64,000 bases of DNA, taken from the IMG/VR virus record IMGVR_UViG_3300021424_002547, positions 35,686-99,685 of that record. One strand, 5' to 3'. How positions within the stretch are numbered: position 1 is the stretch's first letter; every line of letters begins with the position of its first letter. A model generated the notes under the pieces. That model was given only the letters and a program-made list of their open reading frames with translations. It made no database searches and had not been told where the DNA came from. The DNA is from a virus. Positions 30,901 through 39,043 of this stretch are shown piece after piece. A program made the position numbers and the translations under genes.

Positions 30901-32465
30901 CGGATAACGCTACTGATTCTGTACCTACCGAAAACGCTACGAGAACCTATATCGATCGTAGATTAGGTGTTACACACGGCGGAGGAATCGTAGCGGGAAC
31001 TTCATTGATCCCTGCGTTCTCGGGTGGATTCATGAGCCTAGATGGACAGTTATCTATGAAAGGCAACATGAGCATAGGCAATTTCAAGATCACTGATCTT
31101 GCGGATGCCACGAGTCCTCTAGACGGCATCAATCTACGGAGCATGACTTTTGCCAATTTCCAGGATGCTTCGTTGTCCAATGTCAGTGCTGCGGATATAT
31201 TGACATTCACTGGCGCTGGAAATATAGTCCAAAATTCCACTGTGATAGGCGATATCAGTTTTAATATCGACAGCACGGCTAATACTGTAGACGCTCAGAT
31301 CAACCCAGGATCGATCTCGAACTCGGATATCAATATATCAGCAGCGATATCTCAGAGTAAATTAGCAATGACGGCTGCTTCTACCCGAGCCAATGCCACG
31401 GGAATCGCTCAGGCAGATCGAGGATTAGCCAGTTTCGATTCCGCGCAGTTTGACGCCACCAACGGATGGATCAGTGTAAAAAACAATGGACTCACCCTCA
31501 ATAAACTATCCCAGATAGCCACTAAAACCGTAGTAGGAAATTCCGGATTGACCACTGCAGATCCCGCAGCAGTGACATTTACCACTGTGGTAAATGATGG
31601 TGGCGCTATCAAAAAATCTCAGTACAACAGCGGGACTGGATATCTCCGCAGGATCGGATTTACTTCTACGGCAGATGGTGATTATGCCATCGTAGATGAA
31701 TCAAGCCCCAACGTAGTCAGCACTTTAGTTAAACGAGACAGCAGTGGTGATTTTGGTGCTAGAAATGTTTCTGTAGAAAGACTGTTAGTCGATACCAAAG
31801 TCACGATAGATACCACTACCAGCGCCACAGGAGGTTATACACAGTACCACGGATTCCTGGGACAGGTGGGTATTTTAGTAGGCGACGGATCGCTGGCCAC
31901 CGATAAGAGGAGTTTCTACGATAACGATGGTCATACGTTTCGGACTCAAAACGGTCTCAGCAATGCTCCTATCATATGTTCTTCGGTACAGGCTGTCGCG
32001 CTGACCGCTGGGGCTTCATCAACTACAGGAACAGTGACTGGGACTTGGTCACTGTCTAGTGGAAGCAGATGGCAGGCCACATACTCTGCCGACCTAGCAG
32101 AGTATTACGAAGGCGATCGCGAATATGAAGTAGGAACTGTATTGGTATTCGGAGGAGACAAAGAAGTCACGGTAGAAGGCAAACAAGGCAACACCAAAGT
32201 GGCGGGAGTGGTATCAGATTCTGCTGCTTTCGTCATGTATGATGCCTGCCCTGGACATAAGAATCTAATCGCATTGCAAGGGCGTGTTCCCTGCAAGGTC
32301 GTAGGAAAAGTACGCAAAGGAGATCTAATCATAACTTCAAACATACCAGGAGTCGCGATATCTTCGGGCAGTGAAGCACGAGCAGGAACCATCGTAGGCA
32401 AGGCCCTAGTCGACTACGATTCAGATCATATCGGCACTATAGAAGTGGCCGTGGGAAGAACATAA
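24912..32465 (+). CDS. Giant baseplate/tail-fibre protein (2517 aa)
   Basis: T4 gp9/gp10-type N-terminus (IDIGTVGNDGTGDSIRDSFRKVNDNF), beta-helix cap (SGIYEE..P..IP...SIVGD), repeated HG(L/F) beta-sandwich domains, C-terminal ADLAEYY...IALQGRVPCKV intramolecular-chaperone-like domain. Confidence 0.85.
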   Translation: MARKIIDIGTVGNDGTGDSIRDSFRKVNDNFRELYSSLGLGERLTFIGLDDTPGAYVGQNDSESGNTPVLTVNNTESGLQFKKIVPGEGISIDFTTDPNEISISSEFSQVVGDPSPQLGGDLSTKSGGFQHRIIDLGTTNDPLFPIFEHEATSKGYVDTKLSIAGTEAIDPRTGLNDTSFGRMTGPLVLARDPVPDDDEVFGGLVAATKRYVDNSAFGSAVNLYVATSGEDDRPGIALEFQGRALAYAYRTLEAALKRAEEIMLESRLEIGPYKKVLTYDNGANDCTLEVIDDAPSAGSGFSGQVLMSVDSISVVYPGVNYLVGDIITVAGGTFIEPARYQVLSTTATPGGIITVRQLSSGVYTALPGSTNVDTTDNSPIPHPDIADRVKFDITYKVNNVQVLPGNGGSGYGLVSVRIVGGGGTGAFGTADVVGGSVVSITIDDSGTGFTSLPAVQVSLPRFLIETNGQRTDFTGDVSTSTPEAIRTRDLREGLFLRGETSGALAQILAHSGELDSGGREIFDVDIKFGAFQIGEVISYGDVSRQTQITVLVESGIYEENLPLRIPQNTSIVGDEFRRCIIRPKPGISSSPWAFLKFRRDLTIGEDGTDQISLTDRLFGYHYLTDSADPVYPLINNRGAYRSAAQLLVLNRSFLQKEVIGWIDYQITNNIAPFVAAFDYNRNLCERDVGLLIDAMVFDLRYGRSDRTVSAALKYYSNASGLIAIGAQLDETVAAIRRLGVLAQAVIRNIEITELYQETFLQVIDGAFIAEVGTGGTSFNIAGAGNFDPVIITSATPHGLINGDNVIIDAVGGMTELNGNDYFVSVVDSTSFRLFNDAALTDTVDGTTLGTYTSGGTAYNNGGVIGALINVIIDVIDESGPGFGSVNTPKNNDQMDMFLCNDSVRLQAITGQGHGGFMMVLDPTGQILAKSPYAQECASFSKSTGRQTFAGGQYIDGFTGNIKFELVGKREIAVAAMLAGRSYTIKTPGSTTFTSLGATDNNIGTVFNYNGFPVAGNGTVEDNSFLLVEGLDRFPQLPASFIVQDTVYRINYVRDFTFNVAGSTASFVLDEATPWPFGIFSYDDDICYRDVGLIIDGLGYDIVLGTNYHMRKAGLTYRQANAAVVIVDQLDLTARAISYAHDLAIDYLALYPSAQSVAETSQLVLDNIVRNGVTFAPALSFTNPPGLTSNIINAKSLLLANLNYIADEVVGYVTATYPSLTYNTTTCARDTRFIVEALIYDITYGGNSQTRDAGIRYYNGVGDAIVLQIPSGQLSETADAIDYIRYLCKQVILDLPPAVTYSVTSRISGAVSDVTVQNLIETLLLETSDIVANGVGAAAAEVLPDLDAYAYTTLSKNARTALLAEKIDIQQATIEFVDDNANIYEVLMPGNRSMLSNDFTQINDLGYGIVTQNGGLAECVSMFTYYCHISYYAVNGGQIRSVGGSSAHGNFALVAEGADPLEVPTPVTLYYDLAQGADVYFPSPTYANTVNGLIIYVDNLVYAPLDRGELEIDHGLGSIYRYPIATSEFGGDLPPGVAKLSLQSSEGAGVEGLAATVPDGTRVTVRQNAQTVLTGDVVDVAVRPSTGMVLRESPTVYRILQFEEYQDPVGERTCTISISSPAIITRVAHGLQPDYQISLATTGSLPTGVNSVDIYYVLADGFTADSFSISATKRGTAIITSGSQSGTQGYFVEGLARTTLRENYNYVDLSIWPSQPFSAGSQICTISIASPAVVTLVGHGFLAGDTIKIETDGSLPTGIINGGHVFVKTVLSPNTFTITREAIPGSVATDTSGTQSGVHRVGKIVGAAGDSTFAVVPLGGDEKDRVLNTLIVWKGVEHELIAYNDENITGQPFATITLDPPLVDSVIYFTALPALKGAVPKDEPGTLTIRIGLTRVTSHDLLDIGTGSYSDTNYPNEIYGPPVNSYNPGQEIQERGVGRVFYVTTDQFGNFSVGPYFRVDQGTGTVTFAASIALSNLDGIGFKRGVPISEFSIDSSMSDNATDSVPTENATRTYIDRRLGVTHGGGIVAGTSLIPAFSGGFMSLDGQLSMKGNMSIGNFKITDLADATSPLDGINLRSMTFANFQDASLSNVSAADILTFTGAGNIVQNSTVIGDISFNIDSTANTVDAQINPGSISNSDINISAAISQSKLAMTAASTRANATGIAQADRGLASFDSAQFDATNGWISVKNNGLTLNKLSQIATKTVVGNSGLTTADPAAVTFTTVVNDGGAIKKSQYNSGTGYLRRIGFTSTADGDYAIVDESSPNVVSTLVKRDSSGDFGARNVSVERLLVDTKVTIDTTTSATGGYTQYHGFLGQVGILVGDGSLATDKRSFYDNDGHTFRTQNGLSNAPIICSSVQAVALTAGASSTTGTVTGTWSLSSGSRWQATYSADLAEYYEGDREYEVGTVLVFGGDKEVTVEGKQGNTKVAGVVSDSAAFVMYDACPGHKNLIALQGRVPCKVVGKVRKGDLIITSNIPGVAISSGSEARAGTIVGKALVDYDSDHIGTIEVAVGRT

Positions 32466-34792
32466 TGGCAAAACAAACTATCAATCCGGGTGCTGCTCCT
32501 ATCGTATGGAGCACCGTGGATGAAGCATTCAGGGCTATCAATGATAACTTCACTGAACTTTATCTAACTGTATCAGGGGGTCCTGGTTCAGTGATCGATC
32601 TCACAGATCTAGGCACCAATCTCATACCTAGAGATACTGAATTCTATGATCTAGGATCTGCTGCCAAGCGATGGAAAGATCTATATCTCAGCGGATCTAG
32701 CCTTCATCTAGGCAGCGCGATACTGACCGCCACTGGTTCCTCGATCAATCTTCCTGCGGGATCGACCATAGGCGGCTCAGTCTTAGACAACGAATATTTT
32801 AGAGAAATCGCAGTAGCAGGTCAAAATAATATCGTAGCAGATGCTGGAGGTACAGATATACTAACTGTTGCATCCGGTACTGGTATCTCTTTAACTACCA
32901 ACGATACCACAGACACCTTGACCATCGCGAACAGCGGAGTAACCAGTTTAACTACCAGCAGCGGTCTAAGCATCAATACGTCTGCCGTTGGAGCAGTATC
33001 TATAACCAATACCGGTGTGACTGGGTTAACTGCAGGGGCAGGGATTTCTGTCAATCAATCTACAGGTCCTATTTCTATCAGCAATACCGGAGTATTGTCT
33101 GTGACCACATTTGGTGGATCAGGAATCACTATCAATAATCCATCCCCGGGTGTTTTCGAATTCGTGAATTCTTTGCCGAACGTCCAACAAGATACGTTTA
33201 GAAGCATCCTAGTGGCTGGTCAGGCCACAGTGCAGGCAGACAACGCAGCAGATAATTTAATTTTGCTTAATGGTACTGGCATCAATATTACCACTGATGC
33301 TGCCACCGATACCATTACGTTCACTAATACGGGTGTTACGACTCTAGCAGGATCCGGCGCCGGTATAAGTGTGAGTGCTGCTACGGGATCTGTGAACATA
33401 TCTAATACCGGAGTCACTAGCCTAGTAGCAGGCAGCGGAATAAGTGTAAGCACGGGTACGGGAGCAGTCACAGTCACAAATACTAGATTTGGATTCCAAA
33501 ATTTCGCTGTGGCTAGCAATCCTAATCCTATACAAGCAGACAACGACTCTGATACATTTACATTCGTGGCCGGCGAAGGAGTAGTCCTGATACCCAATCC
33601 AACCAACGACAGCCTAGAAATCAATGTGTCATTTATCAACGGCAATGTATTTGCACACGATTCCACATTGTTGATAGATGCTGCAGGATCACAGATCTTA
33701 GGAGATATCAATACTGCTCGATTAAGAACTTCCGAAACGCAGATAGCGCTGGGTTTCAGAGCAGGAGCAACATCTCAAGGCGCCAATTCGATCGCTATAG
33801 GAAATTCAGCAGGCTTCCTTAATCAACCAGCTAATTCGATCATCATCAATGCCAGCGGTTCTGTTCTCAACGGTTCAGCGGCTGGGTTCTATGTAGAACC
33901 TATAAGAGAAGACACAGGACCTCAGGTGTTATATTATGATCCCACAGGAACCAAAGAAATAACATGGGGACCGGTGCCCAGCGGCGGAGGAGGCGGAGGG
34001 GGTGGTGGTGGCGAAAATTTTGAATTTAATGTAGCCGGTGATGATTCTACCATGAGAACAATTTTCTCAGGAGAAACTCTGCGTTTTGCAGGCGCTGGCG
34101 GTATTACCACAACAACTGATGGTGAAGGTAGAGTCACCATTACAGGTCCAACATTAGCCACAGTAGCTACCAGCGGAAATTATTTAGATTTAAGCAATCG
34201 ACCATCATTAGCCACAGTAGCTACCAGCGGAAATTATTTAGATTTAAGCAATCAACCATCTATACCTGCTGCATATTCTGTAACCAGTATTGATGCCTTA
34301 TCAGATGTTGACACATCAACTACTCCTCCAACAAATGGTCAAAGCCTAGTTTGGAGTACGGCCAGCAGCAAATGGTTACCTAGCACTGTAACCGGCGGCG
34401 GCGGTAGTGCTTTACAATCAAGAACTTCAATTTCTGCTAGCACAATTAGTATTGCAGATGGAGCCTCAAGTGATATTACTTTGACTGCATTTAAATCATA
34501 TGCTTTGTTAAAAATTCAAACTTCTCATGCATCTTGGGTTAGATTATATGTTGATGGAGCATCTAGAACAGCAGACTCTAGCAGGGCCGAAGGGGTTGAT
34601 CCTAGTCCCGGAGCAGGCGTAATAGCAGAAGTGATTACTACCGGAGCACAAACAATTTTAATGAGCCCCGGCGTTATTGGTTTTAATAATGACGGCACGG
34701 GCGCTACGCAACTTTATGTTGCTGTAAAAAATAAAAGCGGATCTGCAAATGCAATTACTGTGACATGTACAGTCCTACAATTAGAGGCTTGA
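32465..34792 (+). CDS. Tail fibre / baseplate structural protein
   Basis: AFRAINDNFTELY N-terminal motif; repeated NTGV(T/L)SL.AG.GI fibre repeats; poly-Gly linker. Confidence 0.8.
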   Translation: MAKQTINPGAAPIVWSTVDEAFRAINDNFTELYLTVSGGPGSVIDLTDLGTNLIPRDTEFYDLGSAAKRWKDLYLSGSSLHLGSAILTATGSSINLPAGSTIGGSVLDNEYFREIAVAGQNNIVADAGGTDILTVASGTGISLTTNDTTDTLTIANSGVTSLTTSSGLSINTSAVGAVSITNTGVTGLTAGAGISVNQSTGPISISNTGVLSVTTFGGSGITINNPSPGVFEFVNSLPNVQQDTFRSILVAGQATVQADNAADNLILLNGTGINITTDAATDTITFTNTGVTTLAGSGAGISVSAATGSVNISNTGVTSLVAGSGISVSTGTGAVTVTNTRFGFQNFAVASNPNPIQADNDSDTFTFVAGEGVVLIPNPTNDSLEINVSFINGNVFAHDSTLLIDAAGSQILGDINTARLRTSETQIALGFRAGATSQGANSIAIGNSAGFLNQPANSIIINASGSVLNGSAAGFYVEPIREDTGPQVLYYDPTGTKEITWGPVPSGGGGGGGGGGENFEFNVAGDDSTMRTIFSGETLRFAGAGGITTTTDGEGRVTITGPTLATVATSGNYLDLSNRPSLATVATSGNYLDLSNQPSIPAAYSVTSIDALSDVDTSTTPPTNGQSLVWSTASSKWLPSTVTGGGGSALQSRTSISASTISIADGASSDITLTAFKSYALLKIQTSHASWVRLYVDGASRTADSSRAEGVDPSPGAGVIAEVITTGAQTILMSPGVIGFNNDGTGATQLYVAVKNKSGSANAITVTCTVLQLEA
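34152..34260 (+). repeat. 54-bp tandem duplication (2 copies, 1 mismatch)
   Basis: Encodes LATVATSGNYLDLSN(R/Q)PS twice. Confidence 0.95.
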
Positions 34793-34793
34793 T

Positions 34794-37769
34794 ATGGCAT
34801 TACTTGAGTACATTAGACGCAGGAAATTTATTGTAACTGTTCGAGATCGTAGTGATCTCAATACAGTTTACAGTGAACTTGAAACTGATGGTAAAACTCC
34901 ACAGGGTCTAGACCTATTAAGGCCTATAGACTGTATTGATCGCAGACCTACTAGCAGAAACACAGTGTATCTAATGACAGATTGGGAAGCAGCCGCATTA
35001 CGTCAAGATCCTAGAATAATTTCTGTAGAGTTAGAACCTGCCGAACTGGGTATTTCAGCTGGTATTAATTCAACTACACAAACCAGCAGTGATTGGAATA
35101 AGTCTAATACTACTTCTAGCACAAATAAAAATTGGGGCTTGCTTCGCTGTGTCGAAGGTGAACAGCGAGTAGGGTGGGGTGGTACGGGCCGTCAAGGCAA
35201 TGGTGTTGGTACTGCGGCACAGACAGGCACTATTACCCTTACACAGACAGGCCGGAATGTCGATGTAGTAGTCTGTGACGAAAACGGTTTGGTATGGAAT
35301 CATCCTGAATTTGCAGTAAATGCTGATGGCACTGGAGGCACTAGAACTATTCAATACAATTGGTATCAGCATAATCCCGCAGTTAAAGGCACTGCTGCAG
35401 GCTCATACTCATACGGTGTTGGCGCCCATAGCACTCATGTTGCTGGTACGGTGGCTGGTAACACACAAGGTTGGGCGAGAGACTCTAATATCTATAATTT
35501 GTATTATCTAGCAGGAGACGACCTTGATTATACTTTTCCCTACGTTTATGATTATATTAGACAATTTCATGCGACTAAGCCAGTAAATGTAAACACTGGA
35601 AGAAGAAATCCTACTATAGTTAACAATAGTTGGGGCATGAGTATATTTCCTCCTTCGTGGAGTCTTAGTGATATAACTGCGGTAACATATCGTGGCATTA
35701 GGTATACGCCAGCTGCCACTCCAACAACTTTTCTAGGTACTAGTGGTGTTTGTAATGCTAATTCCAAGTTAGCAGACTTATTAAATCTAGAGGCAGGCGG
35801 CAATAGAATTACAACCACTGGTCCTTCACCAGCAGGTGCCGGTAATATTACCAGTAGGCCTGGAACTTGGAGCCAAGAGGGCGGCCAAGCCTATATCACA
35901 GAGACAACTGCACCAGCAGCTACCTATGCTGTAGTTGTACAAGGTCCTTGCACTGTGACACTGTTTTCTAATGTAGCATCAGGTGGGATAGCTGGAGTAA
36001 CTACATTATCTATTGGTATCACTGCGGCCACAAGTGTTGGGGTCATAATCGCTTCCTATAATCAAGGACCAACCAGTTCCGGTGAAGGCGGCAACGTTGA
36101 ATTAACAATAAATGAAGTGCTCAACTTACCACTGAACGAGGCATATACGCTGACATTCACCACAGCTTTAACATATCAAGAAGTTGCTAGTCCATTGACA
36201 GCCTTTGCTATGAGTGTGACTGTCAGTGTGGCTACTGGTGCTGAATCGGCCTCTGTAGCCGGTATCGCAAGTAGTCTGCTAGGCGCCGCAGCACTTACCG
36301 CATCAACCACGCCATCAGTTGGCAGTAACGATGACGGATATTGGACTTTAAATTTACCATTTGGTATAAATTTTTTAGGCAATACGTATAATACAATCTA
36401 CGTAGGCACAAACACATATGTCACCTTTGGTGCGGGTTCTACACAATATTTAAATGTAAGCCCAACAACTCCTAATTTGCCTAAGATAATGTGGTGTGCA
36501 AAAGATAATTCTGTTCAAAGAATTTACTATGGTGTAGAAGGTGCAGAGGTCGGAACATTTACTGTGATTAACTCCGGATCAGGCGCATACGTTATCAATG
36601 GGTCAAGTAACCCCACACTAACTCTCAAACGAGGTAGTACATATACGTTCAATATTAGTGCCGGTGGGCATCCTTTTTGGATCAAAACAGTTTCAAGCCT
36701 TGGTACTAGTAATGCCTATAATTCTGGCGTTACCAATAACGGCACACAATCTGGCACCATAACATTCACTGTGCCAAATGATGCTCCGGCAACTTTATAC
36801 TATAATTGTCAATTCCACATTTCGATGAAAGGAACAATTGATGTCGTTTCCAGCACACAAACCTATAGAGTAAGAATTGAAGGTAATGCCTCTACCGGTG
36901 GCACATTAGGTAGTCCTGGTATGGTCTGTGAGTATGTTTTCTATGAAAATACTCCTGCTCAGATAGATCTACAAGTAGGAGTAAACAATGCCAAACAGAA
37001 CAGCAGTGGATTTTCCACTGCCCAACTAAATGCATGGGGATTTATTTCTGGACAAAGAATACCTGCTAGAGTCGCTGCACTAGATGCAGATATCGAAGAT
37101 GCCATAGATGAAGGAATAGTAAATGTTGGCGCTGCCGGTAACGGTCGTTGGAAACATAGTATACCTGGTGATGCAGACTGGAACAATACCTTTGAAATGG
37201 GAATAAGATATCCTGCTAGTGTCTCGACACCCTATTACTATATGCAGGGCTCAAGTCCAACTGCTAATGACAGCACCAGTGGTGGCACTTATGATCTACC
37301 AAATATCTGCGTAGGAGCAGTAGATAGCATACAGATTGATCAAAAAGTTATTTTTAGCGACTGTGGCAGCGGTGTCGACCTTTGGGCCCCAGGTACCGCT
37401 ATAGTAAGTGCATATACAAGCGGTATTGCCGATCCTAGAAACGCCAGTTATTATGTATACAAAATCGATGGAACCAGCATGGCTTCTCCACAAGTTTGCG
37501 GAGTTTTAGCCTGTGCTTTAGAAGTATATCCACGCATGACTCAAGAAGAGGCCAAAGCGTATATTTTATTCTATACAAAATTATCTCAATTAACTGCGAC
37601 AAATGGCGGTCCAACAGATGCACAAGACTTGCAGGGTGCGCCAAATAAGTTTTTGTTTTACTATAAAGAAAGACAGACAACCGGAAATATATTTCCTAAA
37701 ATTAATTTCAAGACTAGACCAACTAGCGGCGCGGTGTGGCCTAGACCTAGAATTCGAAGAACAATTTAA
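34794..37769 (+). CDS. Subtilisin-family (S8) serine protease with large inserted domains; probably virion-associated
   Basis: Catalytic D (VVVCDENG), H (HSTHVAGT), oxyanion N (AAGNG), S (GTSMASPQV); lies among tail genes. Confidence 0.88.
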   Translation: MALLEYIRRRKFIVTVRDRSDLNTVYSELETDGKTPQGLDLLRPIDCIDRRPTSRNTVYLMTDWEAAALRQDPRIISVELEPAELGISAGINSTTQTSSDWNKSNTTSSTNKNWGLLRCVEGEQRVGWGGTGRQGNGVGTAAQTGTITLTQTGRNVDVVVCDENGLVWNHPEFAVNADGTGGTRTIQYNWYQHNPAVKGTAAGSYSYGVGAHSTHVAGTVAGNTQGWARDSNIYNLYYLAGDDLDYTFPYVYDYIRQFHATKPVNVNTGRRNPTIVNNSWGMSIFPPSWSLSDITAVTYRGIRYTPAATPTTFLGTSGVCNANSKLADLLNLEAGGNRITTTGPSPAGAGNITSRPGTWSQEGGQAYITETTAPAATYAVVVQGPCTVTLFSNVASGGIAGVTTLSIGITAATSVGVIIASYNQGPTSSGEGGNVELTINEVLNLPLNEAYTLTFTTALTYQEVASPLTAFAMSVTVSVATGAESASVAGIASSLLGAAALTASTTPSVGSNDDGYWTLNLPFGINFLGNTYNTIYVGTNTYVTFGAGSTQYLNVSPTTPNLPKIMWCAKDNSVQRIYYGVEGAEVGTFTVINSGSGAYVINGSSNPTLTLKRGSTYTFNISAGGHPFWIKTVSSLGTSNAYNSGVTNNGTQSGTITFTVPNDAPATLYYNCQFHISMKGTIDVVSSTQTYRVRIEGNASTGGTLGSPGMVCEYVFYENTPAQIDLQVGVNNAKQNSSGFSTAQLNAWGFISGQRIPARVAALDADIEDAIDEGIVNVGAAGNGRWKHSIPGDADWNNTFEMGIRYPASVSTPYYYMQGSSPTANDSTSGGTYDLPNICVGAVDSIQIDQKVIFSDCGSGVDLWAPGTAIVSAYTSGIADPRNASYYVYKIDGTSMASPQVCGVLACALEVYPRMTQEEAKAYILFYTKLSQLTATNGGPTDAQDLQGAPNKFLFYYKERQTTGNIFPKINFKTRPTSGAVWPRPRIRRTI

Positions 37770-37780
37770 CGGAGCGCGAT

Positions 37781-38122
37781 ATGGCGAAACAAACGATTAA
37801 TGTTGGAACAACCGCAAATGACCGAAAAGGTGACAGCCTTAGAGCTGCTTTCCAAAAAGTAAATGCTAATTTTACAGAATTATACATTACATTAGGTTTG
37901 GATAGCGGAGGGCTTAATTTAGGGACTATTGAATTTATCGGCAGCACTATAAGCACAACAGACAGTAGCAGTATTACATTAAATCAAAAAACTATTTTGA
38001 CTAGTCAACTAGATGTGGGGATGGAGGTCTTTGCTAAAAATCTTAGGCGTGTGTCAAGCACCGCTGGATTGAAACAGGTTTATTTTGATCCCACCACAGG
38101 TGAATTTGTAGTATTAGATTAA
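37781..38122 (+). CDS. Short gp9/gp10-type structural protein
   Basis: INVGTTANDRKGDSLRAAFQKVNANFTELY. Confidence 0.75.
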   Translation: MAKQTINVGTTANDRKGDSLRAAFQKVNANFTELYITLGLDSGGLNLGTIEFIGSTISTTDSSSITLNQKTILTSQLDVGMEVFAKNLRRVSSTAGLKQVYFDPTTGEFVVLD

Positions 38123-38148
38123 GGTAAATATTTAAGAGAGAGCGCGAT

Positions 38149-39033
38149 ATGGCCATACAAACATTTATCATTACTTCCGTACCAAATCCCGAAGGTGCCG
38201 GAGCTATATATCAGGTTGACGGTCAAAACAAGCCTGTGCTTAATTTGGTTCGTGGTGGAGTATACACATTTATTCAAAGTGCAGCATCCAACACCAATCA
38301 TCCAATTGCGTTTAAAGATGATACCGGCGCTGCCTATACTGTAGGAGTGGTCAGTACAGGGGTTCCTGGTCAGACAGGTGCACAAACTGTGTTTACTGTT
38401 GCAGCCAACGCTCCTGCCAGTTTAAGATACTACTGTGTCACGCACGGCAACAACATGGGTAATACCATAGTTGTCACTGGCAATGTATCAGGTATTCAAA
38501 CTATTAATATCGGAAATATAGTCAACGACGGCTTAGGCGATGACCTACGCACCGCATTCCAAAAGGTAAATGCTAATTTCACTGAATTAAATGCTAGTTT
38601 AACTGTTACCGCTAAAAACATAGGTATTTCTGGAGAGGGTATCTTCGCACAAAAGATAGGAACCGAATTACAATTTAAAAATATCGTAGGCGGTACGAAA
38701 ATCACTCTGGATGCATTTGACAATCGTATCGTAATCAATAATACACAGACAGATTCCTTTGAAAACATAACCACCCAGTCCGGAACCATCGCAGCCAGCA
38801 ATCATACCAACATAACTATACAAGGTGGCAACGATGTGGCTGTTACAGCATCGGGCAGCATAATAACAGTCGATACTCTGCTAGACCTTAATCAAATTTT
38901 GACAGTATACGATTTTGGACCTATCAATCCGCCATATACTAGTGTAGTGCAATTTTTGTCATCGGCGACTAATATCGATTTTGGAACCATAACGACACCC
39001 TCTGGATTAGAAATTGATCTAGGGCCTATCTAA
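38149..39033 (+). CDS. Structural protein: cupredoxin-like N-domain plus gp9/gp10-type motif
   Basis: NHPIAF...YYCVTHGNNMG; INIGNIVNDGLGDDLRTAFQKVNANF. Confidence 0.75.
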   Translation: MAIQTFIITSVPNPEGAGAIYQVDGQNKPVLNLVRGGVYTFIQSAASNTNHPIAFKDDTGAAYTVGVVSTGVPGQTGAQTVFTVAANAPASLRYYCVTHGNNMGNTIVVTGNVSGIQTINIGNIVNDGLGDDLRTAFQKVNANFTELNASLTVTAKNIGISGEGIFAQKIGTELQFKNIVGGTKITLDAFDNRIVINNTQTDSFENITTQSGTIAASNHTNITIQGGNDVAVTASGSIITVDTLLDLNQILTVYDFGPINPPYTSVVQFLSSATNIDFGTITTPSGLEIDLGPI

Positions 39034-39043
39034 GGAGACAGTC

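Noticed and set aside
33980-34012. G-rich tract as a G-quadruplex or phase-variation site
   Set aside because: Mixed GGN codons encode a poly-Gly linker, and the longest homopolymer is short
34152-34260. Tandem repeat as a CRISPR or DGR element
   Set aside because: Two adjacent in-frame copies with no spacer, encoding a fibre repeat; no reverse transcriptase in the window
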